A DNA stretch of 12,231 nucleotides from Candidatus Hadarchaeota archaeon (GTDB lineage Archaea > CAYQAE01 > CAYVLA01): positions 1 to 12,231 of the forward strand of contig CAYVLA010000095.1 in NCBI GenBank assembly GCA_964452145.1, read 5' to 3'. This document shows positions 7,872 to 12,231 of the stretch, piece after piece. A program made the position numbers and the translations under genes. How positions within the stretch are numbered: the first letter of the stretch is position 1; the number at the start of each line of letters is the position of its first letter. Below the pieces are notes generated by a model. That model made no database searches, was not told the origin of the DNA, and worked only from the letters and a program-made list of their open reading frames with translations.

Positions 7872-8630
7872 CTAACCAGCCTCCAACTCCTTGTACCTGA
7901 CTCCCTCCCCCGTGAGCTGCTTGAGCCTTTCCACTGCATCGGAGGCCCTAGCGCCCAGTATCTTGAGCCTGATGATGCCCTTTGAAGGATAGGATCTTAT
8001 CTCCACTGCGAGTTCCTCCATGACCTGGTTGAGGTGGGGGGCCAAGGTCGACTCTCCGATCCCCTCGACCAAAACCGATCGGAAGGCCCAGTGCGTGCCG
8101 CCGGCAAGGAGCGGAACGATCGAATCTGTGAAGATGGCTTTCAGCTCGTCGGGAACCCCGGGCAGGCATATAATCGTGCTCGCTCCCTCCCTGATCAAGA
8201 CCCCCGGCGCCGTTCCGATGGGATTGTTTAGGGCTATGGCGCCTTGCGGCAGGATGCCCATCTTCTTCCTGGACTGCGTCATCATCTCGCCCTGCCGGGC
8301 ATCCGGGAACATCCTCCTGTAGCGGCTTTCGATCATCCTCAGGGCTTCAGGGCTCTCCACGAGCTTTCTGCCCAGGCCCTTCGCTATCCCCTCCAGAGTC
8401 AGATCGTCTCTGGTCGGCCCAAGACCCCCGGAGACCAGGATCAATCCGGGCGATCGGCTGAGTACGTCCCTGAGGGTCTCGGCGATAATGTCGATCAGAT
8501 CCTCAACGACCGTGATCCTCCTGAGGTTGTGACCGGTTCTCGAAAGGTGTTTGGCCATCCAGTTCGAGTTGGTATCAAGGACATCTCCGTCGAGGATCTC
8601 GTAGCCAACCACTATGATCTCTGCGTTCAT
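7872..8630 (-). CDS. cinA: CinA-like molybdopterin-binding-domain protein (archaeal short form lacking the PncC domain)
   Basis: AEIIVVGYEILDGDVLDTNS, SGGLGPTRDDLT, NPIGTAPG, LPGVPDEL, GIGESTLA, IRSYP. ATG at 8630. Confidence 0.88.
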   Translation of the reverse strand: MNAEIIVVGYEILDGDVLDTNSNWMAKHLSRTGHNLRRITVVEDLIDIIAETLRDVLSRSPGLILVSGGLGPTRDDLTLEGIAKGLGRKLVESPEALRMIESRYRRMFPDARQGEMMTQSRKKMGILPQGAIALNNPIGTAPGVLIREGASTIICLPGVPDELKAIFTDSIVPLLAGGTHWAFRSVLVEGIGESTLAPHLNQVMEELAVEIRSYPSKGIIRLKILGARASDAVERLKQLTGEGVRYKELEAG

Positions 8631-8760
8631 CCGGTGGTCCCGATCGCCTCCCGGCGGCGAATTCAAATATCTCTCCGGATGCAGCGCCAGACAATCCACA
8701 CACCGCCGTGCCGGGCGCGCGCCTGGCGAACGCGACCCCGATCTCCGATCCCCGGTCCCT

Positions 8761-8773
8761 AAACATTAATAAG
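8761..8773 (+). promoter_or_regulatory. BRE/TATA-like promoter element
   Basis: AAACATTAATAAG in GC-rich intergenic DNA about 40 nt before ATG 8814; near-identical to 10250-10262. Confidence 0.5.
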
Positions 8774-8813
8774 ATGTTCGACGGACGGGTGCGCGTCCCA
8801 TCGGGGTGCTTGG

Positions 8814-9026
8814 ATGCTTAACTTCCTCTTCTTTGGCCTATCCAAGAAGCGTAAGAAGAAGTGTGCTTTCTGCGACAACCTGACGATCAACGAATGCAAG
8901 AGATGCGGAAGGCCGATGTGCGACGACCATACCAAGAGACTGGAAGGCTCAGGTGGCCTGCGCTGGGAGGTCTGCCCCGACTGTTTCGTCAGCAGGCGCG
9001 GAAAGGTGAAGACCTCCCGAAGATGA
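8814..9026 (+). CDS. Small basic zinc-finger protein (AN1/B-box-like)
   Basis: CAFC-x7-CKRC-x4-CDDH-x14-CPDC in 70 aa; promoter-like element and GGGGTG SD upstream. Confidence 0.7.
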   Translation: MLNFLFFGLSKKRKKKCAFCDNLTINECKRCGRPMCDDHTKRLEGSGGLRWEVCPDCFVSRRGKVKTSRR

Positions 9027-9057
9027 TGTCTGGGGCCATTACCCGGATCCTCAAGGG

Positions 9058-10221
9058 GTGACACCTCCCTTGCCTCATGATCTAGAGAAGGGTGACTTCA
9101 CCGTAACGCCCTGGGAGGTCGAGGGCGAGATAGACTACGACCGCCTCATCGAGAGGTTCGGCGTTCAGAGGATCACGCCCGATCTGCTTGGACGTATGGG
9201 CGATGACCTCCACATATATCTTCGGCGAGGCTACTTCTTCTCCCACAGGGACCTGGAGGCCATCCTTGATGGCTACGACTCGGGCACCAAGTTCGCCCTA
9301 GCCACAGGCAGGGGCCCCTCCGGCGAGATGACCATAGCCCACTACGTCCCCATGGAGCTCACCCGGTGGCTGCAGGAGCGCTACGATGCCGACGTCTACA
9401 TACAACTAACCACGGACGAGAAGTACTTCGTCAAGCCCAGGCTATCCTTCGAAAGGGCCGAGGAGTATGCGAAGAAGAACGCGCGGGACATAGCGGCGGT
9501 GGGGTTTGACCCGGACAAGACATTCATCTTCAGCAACCTGGAGTACACCAAGATCTACCGCCCCGCCGCGAGGATCGCCAAGTACGTCACCTTCAATACG
9601 GCCAGGGCGACCTTCGGGGACTCGGTATTCAAGAACATCGGCTTCAGTTTCTTCCCCGCGGTCCAGGCCTCCCACCTGCTCCTAGCGGATTTCGTTGATG
9701 GGCCGACGCCAGTCATCGTCCCGATGGGCATCGATCAGGATCCGTTTCTGAAGATCGCCCGCGATGTTGCTCCCAAGCTTGGATTCCCCAAGCCGGGCGC
9801 TATCCATTCGCGCCTACTCACCGGCCTGCTCAGCATAGGGGGAAAGATGTCCGCTTCCGAGCCCGAGACGGCCATCTTGTTGTCGGATTCCCCCGAGCAG
9901 GTCAAGAGCAAGATCTGGAATGCATTCACCGGAGGCGGCGCGAGCAAGAAAGAGCACAGGGAGAAGGGCGGCAACCCCGACAGGTGCGTGGTCTTCCAGT
10001 GGCTCTACACCCTTTTTCTGAACCAGGATTCTGAGATGCATCAGAGGGCAACCCAGTGCCGCGCCGGGGAGAACTACTGCGGCGTGTGCAAAGCCGAGCT
10101 GACCAAGTACATCGTCGACTTCCTGGCCCGCCACAGGAAGAAGAGAAAGGCGGCTCAGGATCTCCTGCCAAGGTACACCCATGATGGCAAGCTTGCCGCG
10201 AGGGCCTGGGAGAAGGTCTGA
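9058..10221 (+). CDS. trpS: Tryptophan--tRNA ligase, archaeal/eukaryal type
   Basis: VTPWEVEGEIDYDRLIERFG, LRRGYFFSHRD, TGRGPS, IQLTTDEK, FFPAVQA, GIDQDP, KMSAS, AFTGG. The real start may be TTG 9070 (GGTGA 8 nt upstream). Confidence 0.96.
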   Translation: MTPPLPHDLEKGDFTVTPWEVEGEIDYDRLIERFGVQRITPDLLGRMGDDLHIYLRRGYFFSHRDLEAILDGYDSGTKFALATGRGPSGEMTIAHYVPMELTRWLQERYDADVYIQLTTDEKYFVKPRLSFERAEEYAKKNARDIAAVGFDPDKTFIFSNLEYTKIYRPAARIAKYVTFNTARATFGDSVFKNIGFSFFPAVQASHLLLADFVDGPTPVIVPMGIDQDPFLKIARDVAPKLGFPKPGAIHSRLLTGLLSIGGKMSASEPETAILLSDSPEQVKSKIWNAFTGGGASKKEHREKGGNPDRCVVFQWLYTLFLNQDSEMHQRATQCRAGENYCGVCKAELTKYIVDFLARHRKKRKAAQDLLPRYTHDGKLAARAWEKV

Positions 10222-10249
10222 ACACCCCAGCGACTGCCTTTCGAGTTAG

Positions 10250-10262
10250 AAACACTAATAAG
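10250..10262 (+). promoter_or_regulatory. BRE/TATA-like promoter element
   Basis: AAACACTAATAAG upstream of the corrinoid gene; 12/13 identical to 8761-8773. Confidence 0.45.
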
Positions 10263-10318
10263 GCCTCCCTTGGCGCGTACCGCAAGCCTAACGTGCTTGA
10301 CGTGGCTGGTGAAGGAGT

Positions 10319-10954
10319 ATGGTGGACTACTCAGGCAAGATCAAGAAACAGCTGATCGAGTTCGACATCGACGGCATCAAAGTCACGGTACAGAAGGCTC
10401 TAAGCGCCAAGGTTCCTGCAGCGAAGCTGGTGGACGCATTGGGCGACGCCATGAAGGTGGTCGGGGATAAGTACGAGAGCGGCGAGTTCTTCTTCTCCGA
10501 GCTGATCATGGCGGGGGAGACGATGAAGGAGGCCATGTCGGTTCTTAAGCCCGCCCTGGCATCGGGCGATGTGAAGAGCAAAGGCAAGGTCGTCGTCGGG
10601 ACGGTCAAGGGCGACCTCCACGACATCGGCAAGGATCTGGTGGTGTCACTTCTCGTCGCCGCTGGGATCGACGTCATCGATCTGGGCGTGGATGTGCCGA
10701 AGGAGCAGTTCGTTGATGCCGTGAAGAAGGAGGGCGCAAAGGTGGTCGGACTTTCGGCCCTGCTTTCAACCACCATTGTCTACACAAAGGAGATCGTGGG
10801 TGCGTTCAAAGAGGCCGGTCTCCGGAAGAAGGTCAGGATAATCGTGGGCGGCGCGGCGGCGACGGACGAGCTAGCCAAGGAGATGGGCGCAGACGCATGC
10901 GCGCCGGATGCCGTATTGGGCGTCAGGATGATCGAGGGGTGGCTCGCCGCCTAG
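10319..10954 (+). CDS. Corrinoid (cobalamin-binding) methyltransferase protein, MtbC/MttC/MtaC family
   Basis: Cap domain (AMKVVGDKYESGEFFFSELIMAG) plus B12-binding domain GTVKGDLHDIGK (DxHxxG), DLGVDVP, VGLSALL, IVGGA. SD GGTGAAGGAG. Confidence 0.93.
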   Translation: MVDYSGKIKKQLIEFDIDGIKVTVQKALSAKVPAAKLVDALGDAMKVVGDKYESGEFFFSELIMAGETMKEAMSVLKPALASGDVKSKGKVVVGTVKGDLHDIGKDLVVSLLVAAGIDVIDLGVDVPKEQFVDAVKKEGAKVVGLSALLSTTIVYTKEIVGAFKEAGLRKKVRIIVGGAAATDELAKEMGADACAPDAVLGVRMIEGWLAA

Positions 10955-11043
10955 GCTGGTTTATACGATCCGCTGGGAGATAGCCGATCCGAGGATCTTC
11001 TTCCATCCTTCTACCTGCGCAGGGCAGGTTTGAACCGGAAGCC

Positions 11044-11385
11044 CTAGTACTCGAAGCGTTCCCCTTCGAACTTCTCTTCCTTCTCGGCGTGCTCCTTGCA
11101 GTAGGGCCCGCAGTTGGGACAGAGCAGCTTGTCACAGTAGGGATCGCCGCAGGCATGCCCCGTGTCCACCAGGAAAAGCCTCTCGCAATCCGGACACTGT
11201 CCGTGCTTGGAGCAGAACCTGCATTTGGGACAGAGGATCACCGTACAGCCCGGGTACTCGCATTCGTGGCCGTACTTCTCCTTGTTGAAGTGCATCCCGC
11301 AGCCATTGCATTCGGGCATCTCGGCTCTCAGAACGGCTGTGGCGCGAAAGAAGTCGGATATCTTGTTCTTGAACTTGCTCGACAA
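11044..11385 (-). CDS. Cys/His-rich protein with two tandem zinc-binding repeats
   Basis: 14 Cys arranged as two copies of CxxC-x8/9-GHxC-x4-C-x4-CPxC-x2/3-CxxH. Minus-strand TATA-like AAACATATTAAT near 11433-11422 and GGAGTGAGG SD before TTG 11385. Confidence 0.75.
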   Translation of the reverse strand: MSSKFKNKISDFFRATAVLRAEMPECNGCGMHFNKEKYGHECEYPGCTVILCPKCRFCSKHGQCPDCERLFLVDTGHACGDPYCDKLLCPNCGPYCKEHAEKEEKFEGERFEY

Positions 11386-11472
11386 ACCCTCACTCCCTGT
11401 ACACTGCGGGCACTGCGCGCGATTAATATGTTTTGTGGGGGCCGGAGGAGGAGGATTCCCGGGCCCGGAGCT

Positions 11473-11790
11473 TCAACCCGTGACGACCGGCTGAACCCAT
11501 TCCTGCACCAGAATTGTGCCGCCCCTTGTGTAGATCGACACGGTACGGTTAAGTGGCAGGTAGGTCTTCCACAGCCAACCTTCCAGGGTCACCATGATCG
11601 ACTGGTTCTGGGATTCGTCCCAGAAGGTGAAGAAGTGCAGTCGAGCCGAGCTCTGGTGGGCGAGCAGGCGCCCCTGATGGGCAAGCGTCTTCGTGGCCCA
11701 CAAGGGCCGGGTTTCGGCTAGAATGATGGCTAGAGCGGCACCGAACATCATCAAGACGATGGCGATCAATAATGCGTCCTGACTGTTCAA
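11473..11790 (-). CDS. Hypothetical protein with a single N-terminal membrane anchor
   Basis: ALLIAIVLMMFGAALAIILA hydrophobic helix followed by a beta-rich domain. Minus-strand TTTAAG (11820-11815) about 25 nt upstream of the TTG suggests a leaderless transcript. Confidence 0.6.
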   Translation of the reverse strand: MNSQDALLIAIVLMMFGAALAIILAETRPLWATKTLAHQGRLLAHQSSARLHFFTFWDESQNQSIMVTLEGWLWKTYLPLNRTVSIYTRGGTILVQEWVQPVVTG

Positions 11791-11961
11791 GGTAGTTGGC
11801 GCGGCGTGGCCAGGCTTAAATCTCTCACTCCCTGCCCGTGCCCGCGGCCCGCCGGCTTCCTGTCTTCAACAGGCATTTGGGGTTGTTCATCACCAAATTG
11901 CCCCCCTGACGGGTAAAATTCTACATATGGCGATGTACCCAAAACTCCTTTCCCCTCAAAC

Positions 11962-11990
11962 TCAACGTTGATCCGTTAAGTTTTTAAGTA
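11962..11990 (+). promoter_or_regulatory. Strong archaeal promoter with upstream palindrome
   Basis: TTAAG-TTTTTAAGTA (TATA about 11981-11988) preceded by the perfect 10-bp palindrome TCAACGTTGA (11962-11971). Confidence 0.55.
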
Positions 11991-12007
11991 ATGCACGAAC
12001 TATATGG

Positions 12008-12231
12008 AATCCCTGCTTTGGTCTGCAGGGCAGATAGGAAGCGGACGTCAAGGAAAGAAGCCCTCGGCCCCCGGGTCGGGGACTGTTGACGTACACCCGC
12101 GTGTCTCCGGGCCCCAAGCCCGAGGATATGTTGGTGCAAGGGTCAAGGGAAGGATTCGTTGCGGTCGGTTTTTTCCCCGAGCGCAATGGAGCAAAAGACC
12201 TTCCGAAAGGATCTCGCCCCGTTGAGGCGTG
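12008..12231 (+). ncRNA. Putative structured non-coding RNA or long 5' leader (possibly an rRNA operon 5' spacer); truncated by the window edge
   Basis: Starts about 25 nt after the TATA box and contains consecutive stems: CCCTGC/GCAGGG, ACGTCAA/TTGACGT, CGGGC/GCCCG, GGAAGG/CCTTCC, TTCGTTGCG/CGCAATGGA. No convincing ORF. Confidence 0.4.

Noticed and set aside
9023..9061. 12-codon mini-ORF MMSGAITRILKG overlapping the Zn-finger stop (ATGA) and the trpS GTG (GTGA), a possible leader or coupling peptide
   Set aside because: It has no Trp codons, and the GGTGA is more simply the SD for a TTG start at 9070.
11920..12231. SRP RNA, RNase P RNA, tRNA, cobalamin or fluoride riboswitch, and ORFs 11962-12186 and 12004-12225
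   Set aside because: I did not find the diagnostic conserved motifs on either strand, and the ORFs look like non-coding translations.

Overview
Archaeal-looking DNA (TATA/BRE-like promoters, GGTGA Shine-Dalgarno sites, archaeal-type TrpRS). The left ~4.7 kb is an accessory, partly decaying patch. It holds the left part of an ISL3 element whose transposase is frameshifted by a 5-bp duplication, an alpha/beta hydrolase, and a membrane-anchored GH113-like glycoside hydrolase with an in-frame A-X-B-A-B duplication. The hydrolase ORF runs into a broken DUF4258-like/YgiT-zinc-finger-AbrB toxin-antitoxin pair, which is followed by an intact vapBC pair with a palindromic operator. The patch ends at a diverged second copy of the ilvD 3' end, resembling an integration scar. 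The right part is mostly housekeeping: ilvD, an NAD-dependent epimerase, a CinA-like protein, a small Zn-finger, TrpRS with a 4-Cys Fe-S-type motif and an atypical HIGH motif, and a stand-alone corrinoid protein. It also has a tandem-repeat Cys/His protein, a small membrane protein, and a strong promoter followed by a highly structured, apparently non-coding RNA that runs off the right edge. All calls come from reading motifs by eye; no searches were run.
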